Of a DNA stretch of 64,000 nucleotides, positions 1 through 11,947 are shown in pieces. Position numbers and translations under genes: made by a program. The stretch is taken from contig OZ237752.1 of NCBI GenBank assembly GCA_965178125.1, positions 744,001-808,000 of the forward strand. Reading direction: 5' to 3'. Origin of the DNA: Bilabrum cf. latius (Eukaryota). The notes under the pieces were generated by a model. That model had not been told where the DNA came from. It saw nothing but the letters and a program-made list of their open reading frames with translations, and ran no database searches. The first letter of the stretch is position 1, and every line of letters starts with the position of its first letter.

Positions 1-2082
1 CCAGGGACCGAGCAGATCCCTCTCCGGGTCTGCATACGCCCAAACATCGCACAGGGCGTGCACAAACCCCGTCACAAACACCCCGCAATCGCACCCGTTG
101 AGCTGCCGAGGCAGCGCCACCGAGCGCAACCTACTTCCGGTTTGCTCATAAGATCGCCTCGTTGCACGTCGCGACATTGCAGTGCCGTGCACCTCCCGCG
201 GGGCTTCCTTCGATCCGACGGCGCCTTGCCTTGCGACGGACTCTCTCGCCACCGCAGACGCGAACTCCCGCTCGATCAGGGGGGCCCGCACCCGCCCCCG
301 CCTCCGCAGCAGCAGCGCTGATTCGTTTCCCGGATTGTCGCGAGTGTTGCTGCTGCTCCTGCCTGCAGTGACCCGCCTGCCCTCCGACCCAACGGCTCCG
401 CCTGCCAGCGACAGCAGAGACGAGGAAGAGGAGGAGGAGCCTGCAGGAACAGGGCCATTGCCGCCGTGTCCACTGGAACCAGCTGCAACCGCAGCAGCAG
501 CAGGTGTACCGCTACCGTTGCTTTCAGACGTCTAGGATGGGTCGCTACGGTAGTGCAGCTTCAGGCGGCTGGCAGGTGTGTCCCGTGGCAGAGGCAGCGA
601 CCCTGCCCAGCGATAGGACATCTTCTTCCACTGCGATGCCTCCATTGGCATGACCGTTCCCGTCGTGTCTTTCGCCACCTTCTTGTCGTGCCACTCGTCA
701 CATGCCCACCGAATCAGCACGTCCCTGACCCCCCCGTCAGAGCCGCCCAACGAGTCCAGGAAGCAAACGGTGCGGGCCTGCATGTCTAGCACCGCGCACA
801 CCCAATGCGTATCAGCCTGATTGATAGGGAACACGACCCTTCGCAGTGCAAAGACGTCCGTCGCCTTGGTCCAGCGCTGTACCCTAGAGTAGTCGTAGCC
901 ATTCCTGCCACCCGTGAGCGCGGTCATGAAGAAGCTGCGGAACACGAAGGCGCCCCCTCGGCGCCGCGCATCCGCCATTGCGGCCTCTGAGGGCTGCGGC
1001 AGCGGCTGCTGATGTTGCTGCTGTTGCTGCTGCTACGCATCCCTGGGCTTCCACCTCGCAGCACCAGCCCCTGTCGTAGACTCGCTATACTCGGTTGCAG
1101 CCCCCTCCGGCACCTTGCTTGCTCCTTGTTCCCTGCCCGGATCCCCGCACATGGCGGCAGCAGCCGGGGTGCTCTGCGCGTCATCCGCTCCAGCGGTGCG
1201 CCGAGCCGCCGGCACGTCCGCAGATGAGCTTCCGCTGCTGTCCCTGGCAGTGTGCCTGGGTCTAAGCAGCGGCGGTGCGTACCACGTACCGTCCACCCGC
1301 CTGGCGAGCTCTTCCAGCTGCATTGCATTGCGGTCCGCAGCGACGAGGGCTCCAAAGATCACGGCTGGGTCGGTGAGCCACTTGCCGGGCAGCAGCCTGC
1401 CATAATCGACGAGGTGGGGGGTGCAGTGCCTGCTGGCACACGCCCTCGCTTTCTTGCCCGCGTCGCCTTGCCGCATCATGTCACCCACTCGGGCTAGCAC
1501 CGCCTGGTTCGCTGGCACCGCGGCTTTCCGTGCGGCAGACAGCACTCCGAGCTTGCGGAGTCGGCGCTTGATGGCTTCAACAACAACTTGTCTGCCGATC
1601 AGCGGGCCAATGTTTTCCGTGCGCGCGAGGGCAAATGCCTCTGCGGCTTGATCGCCAGCTCTCGAGGAAGCTTCGAGTGGGGTTGCAGTTCTGCTCCTCT
1701 TGCGGAGCATCGACAGCAGCCCCCCGCGATGAGTTGCTGTGGACTGTACCAAACTTGCACCCTGGCCTACTTTCGCTAGGGACGGCACTTGGCTGGGAGT
1801 CTGTTGCCGGAATCCGGTCGCTGCAGCCCCGACGGCGTGTTTCATCGCGCTCGTAGCCGCTGCAAGGCCCTATGGGGAGCCCGATCGAGCTACAAATCTT
1901 GTACTTAATCTCAGCAAGGAGTTCGACACATTTGCTTTCACTGAGCTGCCTGGTAGAGTTGGGGGTGTGTACTGTCTTCGTGATTCAAGTAGTTGCTCCG
2001 CGAGGTGCTTGCGTTCCGCCACTCGTTCTTCTTCCCGCAATGTATTTAAATCATGCATCCAATGAGAGCTTGAATCATTCAT
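1..2082 (-). CDS. Ulp1/SENP-family (peptidase C48) SUMO/ubiquitin-like protease, 3'-partial (runs off the window)
   Basis: ORFs 1870..2082, 1033..1845 and 532..978 share one frame and are separated only by TAG; the frame stays open to base 1. Motifs: 'RLLPGKWLTD', 'VQRWTK..DVF....VVFPINQADTHWVCAVLD....TVCFLDSLGG' (catalytic His/Asp) and, beyond the TAG at 532-534, 'PRQLNGCDCGVF' (oxyanion Gln, catalytic Cys) at ~76-111. Confidence 0.9.
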
Positions 2083-2808
2083 TGAAGGAGATCGAAGTCA
2101 ACAGAATGGGAGCAAACAGGCAAGTTTGCAGTTTCAAGCATTGTACGGTGCTGAAACTGCCAGGCCGGGCAAAAACTGGTTTTCACACCTGAATCGGTTT
2201 CGGCGGAAGTTGCAGCAAAGCGTGCTACAGGCAGGCTTACAGTGCGCTCAGGCGATCCCGCAGGCTAAATTACTTGCCAATCATGAATCTCTGCGCTTTA
2301 GTTGCGGTAAGTATTGTGCTGAATCCTAGTGACTGGCAGCACAGAGAAACGCATTAATCTAGTCGTTGAATGCGCGGTGTGCCCAGCTAACATCGAATTC
2401 CAGCTAGTCGCGGGAATTCCAGCTAGTCGCGTGCAATGAAATTCATAGCAATAGTCGTGACCGGGCTTTCTCGTCTGTTTGCTTCGGGTTTGAGCCTGCT
2501 TCAAGTCGCGCGCCAATTTGTCCGAAGGCAACTGCGTCTCCGGTTCAAAGAATTCTGCTGCCTCTTATGTGAACTGCGTGCACACTATTAAGTTGGTACT
2601 GCATGGATACTTTTGGGCCATTTGCTAACACCGGAGACGTGATCTCCGCTTTGCCTGCAATGTGAAAAACGTCTGGGTCGCCTAGATGCTCTGCAGTACA
2701 GCCATACTTCGATTTCATCACTAGCGTTGGTCCAAAGCTGGGCCAGGCGAAGTTTAGTTGTCCCGTCCATATTATTGTTGTCCCCATGTGGTCGCTTGCA
2801 CTGCGCAG

Positions 2809-5800
2809 GGCGGCATCGTGGCTGTCATCGGCATCGTGGTGCTCGCGATGGGATTCGTCGTGCCGGGCATGGTAGACGACGTGGTGGAATCCGCGCTGGA
2901 GGACAACACCTACCTCACGCGCGATTCAGAAGCATTTGAAAACCAGATAGAGCCGCCGAAGCGCGGCCTCGCGAGCGTCCGAGCCAGCGCGGTCGCTGAC
3001 CTCGACTTGGACGCTGACGAGAACGAGGACGGGGGGCTGAACTACATCATGCACATTAGCAACATCACCAACCCGGAAGCAGCGCTCTACGACGGTGCCA
3101 GACCGGAGCAATCCGATGTGGCCTACGCCTTCCGCAAGTACACCAAGTACGAGAACGCAACCTTCTCCGACAGCGAGGAAAGCCTCACGTGGGACAGCCA
3201 GGCCGAGTACATCTACGTGGATGACCCGGCCAGGCTGGACACCGAGGTCCTGGTGATTCCGAACGTGGGGTTTGCCGGGTTTGGTGCCCTCTTGCCGACG
3301 CTGGTGGGCGCGGCGCGGGGAGTCGACGCTCTGAGGGTCCAAGCCGTGTCTCTGCGCGGGAACGACCCCATCCAGATCGACGACATCGCCATCCCGATCT
3401 TCGTGTCGCAGTTCCTGCGGGACGGTCTGGCACCGCTGGTAGGACTACTCAAGGCCTCCACGCTCCCCGCGGTGATCCCGCTCAGACTGGCTCAGTTCAG
3501 GGCGGCCAACAGCACAAGCCTCGGCGACCAGGCAGAGGCGCAGGTGGGAGGCACCGTGCCTCCAGGGTACACCGTGGACTCTGCCCTTGCCCTCACCCCT
3601 GCTCTCCCCGGGGGCACCCGAGTCACCGCCGGGGTCTACATGGACCTGATGAACTCTTCCTCCACGTCAGGAGTCGCCCTCATTTCCGCAGCGGGACTTC
3701 CCAAGTGGATCGGCGTGACTCTACTCTTCGCCGCTGTAGACACCAGCGACGCGACAGAGGTGCAGGCCGCCATGGCCTCTGATACGTTCCTGGCGCTGAC
3801 CTAGGAATTCGTCACCGCCTACATCGGCCTGGACGCCTCCTACTCCAACCCCCAGGTGGCTGCGGGCCACGTGCTTCAGGTCGTCATCATGATGGGCGGG
3901 CTGATTGGGCCTGACACTGCGAGCGCGGGACAGGTTGTGCCCCAGACCTTCAGCACCTATCTAACTCTACAGGGAGAAGCGAGCGTTTCAATCCCTGCGA
4001 CGACTGACCTGGGCATGGCCGCGGCACAGTTCGGCAGCAACACCATCACGGGGTCGCTGGCCCACGCGGCGGGGCAGCTGCCCGGCACCATCACGCTGCC
4101 CATGGCAGCGGGCAGCGCCGCCACCGACGCCAACACCTGCCTGAATGGACCCGCCTCCCTCTTCGCCTCCATCAACGATCCCAACACGCTCAACAGCTTC
4201 CCCGAGTTCTCGTGTCTGGCCAACGCACCGCCCACCATCTACAGCCAGAGGGCGCACCCCTCGAGCAACGGGCTCGTGTTCGCCGGTAGCAAGCTGCCGG
4301 GAGCGACAGCAATGGCTCTCCTAGGACAGTTCTCTTCATCTCCTTCTCTCTTCAACGAGGCCGGGGCTCTGCTGGGCAGCGCACTTCCTGACTTTGGCGC
4401 GGGCAGCGAGGCGGTGTGGAGGTTCCGGGCGGTGTACCTGAAGCAGATCGCCACCGACGCGGCCACCATGGCGGTAATCAACGCGCAGGTGGCCAGGCAG
4501 TCGGCGTACATTGCGGCCCTCGGCTCGGGAGGCGATGTGGCCGCGACCCTGGGAGCCAAGGTGACGGGGTATGCCACGTCGCTGGCCGCTGATGCGGCCA
4601 TCCACGCCGCGTGCGGGCAGGCCGTTAGGGACGACGTCTCGAGCAGCATTCCAGTGATGGATTGCTTCCAGGTGCACGACGTCTTTCACTGGCTGGCGCA
4701 CAGCAGCAACGCGCTGGTGTACTTTCCTCGGCTGGTGGAGACCTACTACGGCACCGAGAACACACCCGCCACCACGCCGGGCAGGTCGAGCGGAAACCTG
4801 GGAACGGGACCGTACATCAAGGCAACTCCCCGAATGCTGCTGCTGAACGGCTTTAGGGAGTCTATCCTCACGTCGCTGGGGTTCGGCAGCGTGCCTCCCC
4901 TGGTCTCCAACTCGACCGACGGCACTAGGGAGACGGTGGGGACAGGCACTGGAGGCCGGGACACGTTCTGGGAGATCCAGGCGGTGGAGGGCCGGACGGA
5001 GCTTGAGGACTGGCAGGGCACCGTGGCCGATCCCTCCCCTGTCGAGGGCTCCTACGATGGCTTGCGGTTTCCCTACGGGGAGGATCTGCTGGACAGCGAG
5101 CCTGGCGATCTCCCACTGAGGTACAAGGTGTGGGTAGCGCAGGCAGAGAGATTCGTGTGGCTCTATAAGGCTGTGGATGAGGATACCGGTGAGCCGATGG
5201 GTGCCATCAAGGGGCCCCACGGCAAGCTGGAGAACATCCAGAGGTACTCCATCCACACGGAAGCAGTCACCACCGCCGCGTACGGCGATGATGGCGGCGT
5301 CCCGTTCACGCGGTACGCCAACGACAATCTGTTCAACTCGCCCAAGTGCATGGTTAGCGTGCGCCACCACCCAGAGTACGTCTCCGCGCAGCAGCTGGTC
5401 TCGGCCATAGGCGGTGAGGCCGACAGCACCACCGAGTTCGACCTCTTCCTCACCCAGCCTAGCGGGCTTGCCTGCAATGAGACGGTCAGGGCGCTCAGCT
5501 CTATCTACGCGCAGGCGCCCACGCAGGCGGTGCACGGCTCGCTGATTGACGTGGACCCTGTCTCGGGTCGGGCCGTGAATGCGGTGCGTCGTCTTGCCGG
5601 CGTGCTCCGCCTGCGTCCCTTCGGCATGTACCCCCGCCTGGCTGAGGGCACGGGCGGCGAGGAGGTCTACGTGCAGATTCAGTGGATCGAGGAGTCGGGG
5701 CAGGCCACTCCCGGACAAGAGGGCGACCTTTAGGATACGTACGAGCAAGGCAGAACAACTAAGTTTGCTCTGTTTGTCGGGCTCGTGGCGGGCGGTGGGG

Positions 5801-5919
5801 TGCTCTTCCTGATCGGTGTTGCGGTCATCCTGATCTGCGGAGGTCTGTGCGGCGGATCGGCGGAAGGCGGGAAGGCAGTGGCTCCCAAGCAGTACGATGC
5901 TCAGGCATAGGCAGCGTGA
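2809..5919 (+). CDS. CD36/LIMP-2 (scavenger receptor class B)-like membrane protein; 5' exon(s) unresolved
   Basis: ORFs 2758..3804 and 3856..5733 are in frame across TAGs at 3802, 5731 and 5908 and end at TGA 5917-5919. N-terminal TM (GGIVAVIGIVVLAMGFVV) follows a likely acceptor (ctgcgcag|2809). 'IDVDPVSGRAVNAVRRL' resembles the CD36 C-terminal motif. The C-terminal TM (FALFVGLVAGGGVLFLIGVAVILI) lies only after the TAG at 5731. Confidence 0.7.
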
Positions 5920-6503
5920 ATGGTGCGGAGCGAGTAGCGCGAGACGTAGCCTGGCTGTGCGTTTGCTGGACACGCCAGCGGCACGTCTCAGTGATGTCGT
6001 GGACATCACACTGGCGTGCCGCAAAAGGCATGTTAAATTTGTATGATTGCTCTAATTGCGTATCTACTGGTTTATGGTTTGCTTAGATTCGTGACCCGTC
6101 GCGTAGCAGGCATTCGGCTCACCCCCGGGGGGCGCCCACCGCCTAGTAGTACCGCCGGCCGGCGAGCACATCTGCGCGAGGCGAGCAACTTGAAGATCGC
6201 ACGCAACAAAGGGTCCAAACAGACTGAATGCCATACAGTGGTCTCTCTAGCAAAGGATACGAGGCTTCGACGAGAATAATTTAGTTATCATTGACATCGT
6301 GTCTCTGCTAAGTCGCTGGGGATACGTAGCTTCAGCAATCCACCGGGAGCTGCGGTCCGCAGCACGTCTCGACGGGCAGTCTGCCATCACCCACACGAAG
6401 ATTTGGCACAGGCTAGCACCAACACTTTACTTCGGCTTCGGTCTGAAATTGTCTTTGATAGAATAGCTCAGCTCCGAAAGTGAAACCAAACCCAGAGTCG
6501 TGG

Positions 6504-9500
6504 ATGGTTGCTCCAGGCGCCGAGCCAAAGGTCCTGCTGGAGGACTACTTGCAGAAGAAGGGCAGCATAGTTCGCTAGTGGCGTAAGAGATTCGTTCGAC
6601 TGTCTTACACGTTTGATGCCGGTCATGTCATCAGCTACTTGGCGAGCCCACTGGATCCAGTGGTGAAAGGAACGATCCACCTCGGGCGTAGTGCTACATG
6701 CGAAGCGGCCGCATCTAGCTCAAAATAGTTTGCGTTTGCAATCAAGAAAGGCGGTGGACGCGAATATGTGTTCGCAAGCGAGGACGAAGAGCAGCGGCAG
6801 GCCTGGATGCAAGCCATACAGGAAGCTATCCGGGATTCAACGGTAGTAGCGGGCTCGATCGAGGAAGTGGAGAAGCCATGGCGGGTCCGAGCAGCAACAC
6901 AACCGGTGATTCAGTCCGCGAGCGTCCGCGTGCTACGAGCCGAGGGCCTCTCGGGCGCAGGCGCGGAGGCCCAGCTCTGGGCGAGGCTGCAGTTCGGCGG
7001 CGAGGCCCGACGCACGCGAATCGGGCAAGGGATGCCGGACGCGCCGTTCTGGGGCGAGATCATCCGCTGCCATTTCAGACGGCGGCCTAGATTTTTCGCG
7101 GTGGATGTGCTGGATGAGGAAATTTCCTCCAAGGGCAGCGATGCGGCGAGCCGCCAGGGCGCGATCGTGGGCCGTGCTGTGGTGTCCCTCGCCCGGGCGT
7201 CGGAGACTCCGCTGAGGCAGTGGCACGCTCTGGTGGGGCGGGGTAGCAGCGCGGGGAGGATCTTGCTCGAAGTTTGCGTGCATGGCGACATGCAGGCCGA
7301 CGTGCTTCAGCCGCTGCTGGGAATCCAACTCGCCTGCCCCAGAATGCCGGGCGCGGAGACCTCCATGCTGTCCATCGAGCCAGGCTCAGGCTCTGGCGGT
7401 GACAGGGGCGATGCTGCGGAATCGCCGCACCCCTTTCAGCTCAAATGGCCTGTGCAGGAGGTGGTGGAAGACTGCGCTAGGGTGTTGCTGCGGCCGTTCG
7501 AGGGCAGCGAGGGCGGCGTGTTTCCCGGCTCGCTGGTGCTGACGTCCCACCGCCTCATGTTCGTGGGCGCCTATGATGTGGACGCGGCAACCGCGGCTGG
7601 GATTGCAATGGACTCGCTTGGACCGGTCTCCGCGGCAGGACATGCGCCCGGCGATGGGGCAGCAAGTGGCACCGTGCAGCAGGAGCCGAATGCAGCCATC
7701 CTTCCAACTAGCGAAGACGCCATGCGGCAGGGCGATGGAGGCGATGATGCCGATTCAACGACGTCATAGGGAAGCAAGAGCATGCTCCCCTGCAGTGCCA
7801 CCGTGGTGCAGCCTCACGGGATGCCCACGAGTCGGACCAGCGACGCGATGTCGTTCGTCATACCTCTGGGGCTGGTGGTCGGCGTGGATGCTGGAAATCT
7901 TGCTTCCGGGTCGGAGCTTGCCACCGCTGATCCTGTGGATTTCACATGGAAGTCCTAGGGCGCAGCGTCTGCCAGGTCAAGGCCCAAAGCCAGGGCCACC
8001 TCGGCAGGGGATGGTGTGGAGGAGGGCAGCGGCGATGCAGGCGCAGGCCAAGGTGGCCAAGCTCAAGGCGCCAGCGCTGCTTCTAGCCATGCGACTTCCA
8101 GCGCGGCATCCAGTGCAGGGTCAAGGCACGAAATGGGGGCAATTTTGGGAGCTGATGGAGCCGTGATCCGCGGTGCGTTGAGCATGACCACGGAAGCCGG
8201 CGCTGCGGCTGGTGGCCAGTAGCAAGGGAGCGCCTCGAACTGGTCGAGGAACGGCAGGAGAAGAACCGAGAGCGGCATGACACCATCGCTAGCAGCTTTC
8301 GCTCGCTCTGGGGCCGGGGAAGCTGGTCCTGGATCTCCTCCCGGTTAGGAGGTGCCGCTGGAGCTGTCTAAAGGCTCGCACTTCCAGCCAGACGCAGCAG
8401 AGCTGGAATCCAATGCCGCTTCCTTGAATTCATCGGCTCTCGAAGTTCCTTTGGTGGAACCGGGCAGGCACCCAAGCTCGGTGACCGCGGGTCTGCCCAC
8501 CCTCAAGTTGGTGTGTGCAGATTTCAGGTCGCCCCGCTTCGCGTTCGTCGGTGGGGACGTGCTGGGGCACCACCGTGCCGCTGCAGAGCGCAGCTGGTCG
8601 CAGGAAGGAGCAGGGGGCGACCACGGGGGCGTGCTTGGGATCGGACCCACGTATGACGACGAGACGACGAGCGGTCGCGAGAGGGCTGTGGGTGGCTCCA
8701 GGGAGGAGCCAGGTTCTGCTGCGTGCGCGAGATTCTTCTGGCGGCTCAGGCAGCACGTCGCATCTGCCGGGGTGCAGGAGGTGTCGTTCGCCCGCCTGCC
8801 TTCTGATGCTCTCGGGCTCGGGCCGAGCGAGCCACCCAGCGAAGCTGCAGGTGATGGCGATGAGGCAGCCGTCCAGCCGCCGCCGTCGTCGTCAAATCCT
8901 GGTGCGTTGGAATCGCGACGAATTGACGAGCAGCGCGCGGTCCAGCAGCTGGTGCGACGTGGCTGGCAGATTTTCGACATGGTGCGGGAGCTATCGAGGC
9001 AGGGTCTCGGCGGATCCGACTGCAGCTGGAGGGTGTCTCGAATCAACCGCAAGTTCGAGTTCTGCCCGACATACCCGCGCTTCTTTGCAGTTCCGGCCAC
9101 CGTCACGGACGCTTCGTTGGCAGAGGTCGGCCAATTTCGGTCCAGACAAAGGGTGCCTGCCCTGAGCTGGAGGCACCCAGTGAGTGGGGCCAGTCTCGTG
9201 AGGTGCGCGCAGCCCCTCGTCGGCCTCGCTGGGAGGAGGAGCAGGGCGGACGAGGCGATGCTCAGCGCCGTACGTTGCGCAGGGGCTGATAAGCGCGGGC
9301 CGCTGGCTCTCGTGGACATGCGACCGCTGCTGAATGCGCTGGCCAATCGCACAGCAGGGAAAGGATACGAAGCCACAGGGCCGGGATAGCCGTACAGCGA
9401 TTGTGCTCTGTGGTTCGGCAACATCGAGAACATTCACGTCATGCGAGACTCCCTCCGTGCGCTCCTAGCGGCGCTGGCAGGCGCGCCACAATGCATGACA

Positions 9501-11735
9501 GCGCAGCGGCTGCCAGGCGCCGTTGCTTCATCCACGGCCAGGAAGGCCATCTTAAGCGTGGGAGTGTCCTCTGCCACTGCAGCCAAGCACCCGAAGAGCG
9601 CGCAGCGAGCGGCAGTTGATGCCGTCAGGAGGCTCTCCTTTGTGAAGGCCGCGCATGCGCTCGAGGCACAGGCCGCGGGAGGAAGCACAGCGGTCGACCA
9701 GGAAGTCCCAAGCTCACCTGGCGGCGATGCTGCGAGACCTGGTGCGAAGTATGACGCTGGTCCAGCCCGTGGATAGGACGGCCCGGCTTCGCCGCTCGCT
9801 GGACCAGAATCAGCTGCATCGCTTCGGATCCGCCGGCGATCAACAGTCAGCGACCGCGCCCTGCTGCTTCCGGTGGAGCCATCCGGGACGCCAGGCGCGC
9901 AAGTGCAGCCGGCCGAACCTTTTGCGTCGGCGGATGCAGCCGCCGCCGCCCATGCGTCGAGCGTGCGAGCTGCCGCGGCTGTGGCCAAGGTGCGCATGGG
10001 CGGCGCTTCGGGCGCTAAGGGACCCAGGACGCGGCTGCCGAAGGTGAGGTCGAGGCCAAGGGCAGGTGCAGGCGCAGCGAACCCGACAAGCCAGGGCAAA
10101 GCGAAGAAGCAGAAGAAGTAGGGCATGCTGGGAGGCTTCATGTCCTCGATCTTTGGAGAGAGGAAGCAGGCCACGGAGGCTGCGCCGCCGCAGGTGGCCC
10201 GCGCCAGCACCGCACCGGCTGGACCCGCAGCTGATGAGTAGGCTTCCAAGGGCACGAGCCGGGCAGATAGGGTGCACCGGATCCGGGCTGTGCCTGAGGC
10301 TGCATCGTCCAGGCAAGGCGAGTCGGACCCAGACAAGGCATCACCGGAGGAAGTAGTACCCCTCGTGGACAGGCGCGGCTCCGTCGTGGAACGGGTGGGC
10401 CCAGACGGGTCTAGGCTCGCTGCTGGCAAGGCCGACGGAGAGGACGGCGAAAGTGTGGACGCACAGGACAGCGATGAAGATGCCTCCAGCGAGGGTGATG
10501 CTGCCGAGGCACTCGCGTCCGACTTGGGGCAGGCGCTGAAGGGCATCAATGTAGGGCCTGGTATTGATGGAAGTCCAGAAGCCATGGATGCAGCAGGTGC
10601 CCTGTCACCTGCGGGTGCACTTTTTGCGCCATCATCCGCCTCCGGCGCTTCAGCAGGCGACAAGGAAACGCACTCCTCTGGTGGCGCTGCGCTCTCCTCG
10701 GGGATCCCCGCTGCTACCGCCGACTAGTACGAGGCATCGATGGAGTCGGCGGACCCATCTACCGCCGCAGCGGCAGCAGCGGCGCAGGAGGTGAAAGAGG
10801 CCGAGACTCTAGTGGTGCGTGGTTGGACGGTTGCGCCGGTTGGGGATGACAAAGGCGTGCCCATTGCGGTGGAGAGGAGCGGCTGGCTGCAGCACGAGGC
10901 TGGGCTGCTCTCCGTGGCCGTGCGCTGCGTGCGCATGCTGGACACCCAGGGCATCTCCGCCAAGATTTCCTGCTCCGATGGGTGGGACAGGACGCCTCAG
11001 GCCGTGGCGCTCACACAGCTACTCCTAGACCCGTACTATAGGACCATTGAAGGATTCGGAGTGCTGGTAGACAAGGAGTTCGGATCGTTCGGTCACAAGT
11101 ACAAGGACAGGGCTGGGAGAGGCCTTGGTCGTGGTGCAGCCCAGGAGGCAAGCCCGGTCGTGCTGCAGTTCCTAGGCTGCGTGGAGCAGGTGAGGCGGCA
11201 ATTCCCTGATCGGTTCGAGTTCACGTCTTCTTTCGTGTCTGCGGTGGCGCGCATGTCCTTGGATCGATCATGTGGGTCTTTCTTGTTCGATTCGGAGCGG
11301 GAGAGATCGGAACAGTACGTGAAAAGTAGCACTGCGTCGGCTTGGGCTGTCCTGCTGGCGGCCTGCGGCCGCCCACTGTCTCCCGTCCCGGCAGCGCGCG
11401 GCACTGCTGCATCAGCGATTGGCAAAAGGGCGGATTCTAGCCTACCAGAGACGATTGCGGCGTCCCGTTGGGTGAACAAAGGCTACAGACGACCTCCGCT
11501 GTCAGCCATGTGGCCCGTACAGGATGATGCGGGCAGCAGCGGCCAGATCCGACGCGACTGGCTCAGGGACGAGGTCCTAGTGCCGGAGCACTCGCCCAGG
11601 GCCATGCGCCCCTGGGACCTGATGGTGGAGTGGGAGCGGCGGGTGCATGCCGCCCTGGAAACGGGGCCGGGCGCAGCGCCCCCGACGGCAGTGCCAGAGC
11701 AGGCACCTTCGCCCGTAGAATCAGGCCTGAACTAA
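6504..11735 (+). CDS. Myotubularin-related phosphoinositide phosphatase with N-terminal PH and C2 domains (~1,743 aa)
   Basis: ORFs starting 6768, 8016, 8352, 9441, 9873, 10272 and 10740 are all one frame joined by ~12 TAGs and end at TAA 11733-11735. PH motifs 'EDYLQKKGSIVR*WRKRFVRL' and 'YVFASEDEEQRQAWMQAI'; C2-like 'VRVLRAEGL..PFWGE'; myotubularin motifs 'WRVSRINRKFEFCPTYP', 'FRSRQRVPALSW', 'RCAQPLVG', 'NIENIHVMRDSL', 'CSDGWDRTPQ', 'LDPYYRTIEGF..LVDKEF.SFGHK'. The start ATG at 6504 is tentative. Confidence 0.9.
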
Positions 11736-11947
11736 GATTTTTGAGCGGATTCAGATGTTTGCATTGAATCACAAGGATTTACAGCTGGTTGTCGAACCCG
11801 GTACGACTTGAGATCGGGCCTGGTTGATTCGGAGTTGCCCCCCAGCGGCAGGGAGCCCATTTTGAGATAGCCTTCAAAAAGCGGCCATTACTGGTGCATC
11901 ATCGCATTCGCGGGCGCGTCTTGGAAGAGTGCGACCTCCCAGGCTTT

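Noticed and set aside
2395-2431. 18-bp direct repeat gaattccagctagtcgcg x2 in a divergent intergenic region
   Set aside because: Only two adjacent copies; likely a local duplication with no evidence of function, and not CRISPR-like.
4336-6024. 562-aa antisense ORF, and similar ones at 9434..10663, 52040..53122 and 56336..57394
   Set aside because: Shadow ORFs opposite GC-rich coding frames with no recognisable motifs.
6122-6147. CCCCCGGGGG palindrome followed 11 nt later by CTAGT, resembling a Helitron 3' end
   Set aside because: No 5' terminus, second copy or Rep/helicase is visible; could be chance in GC-rich DNA.
11780-11860. Possible tRNA-like sequence (looked for a suppressor tRNA-Gln CUA)
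   Set aside because: No convincing cloverleaf or A/B boxes by eye; no tRNA gene could be supported anywhere in the window.
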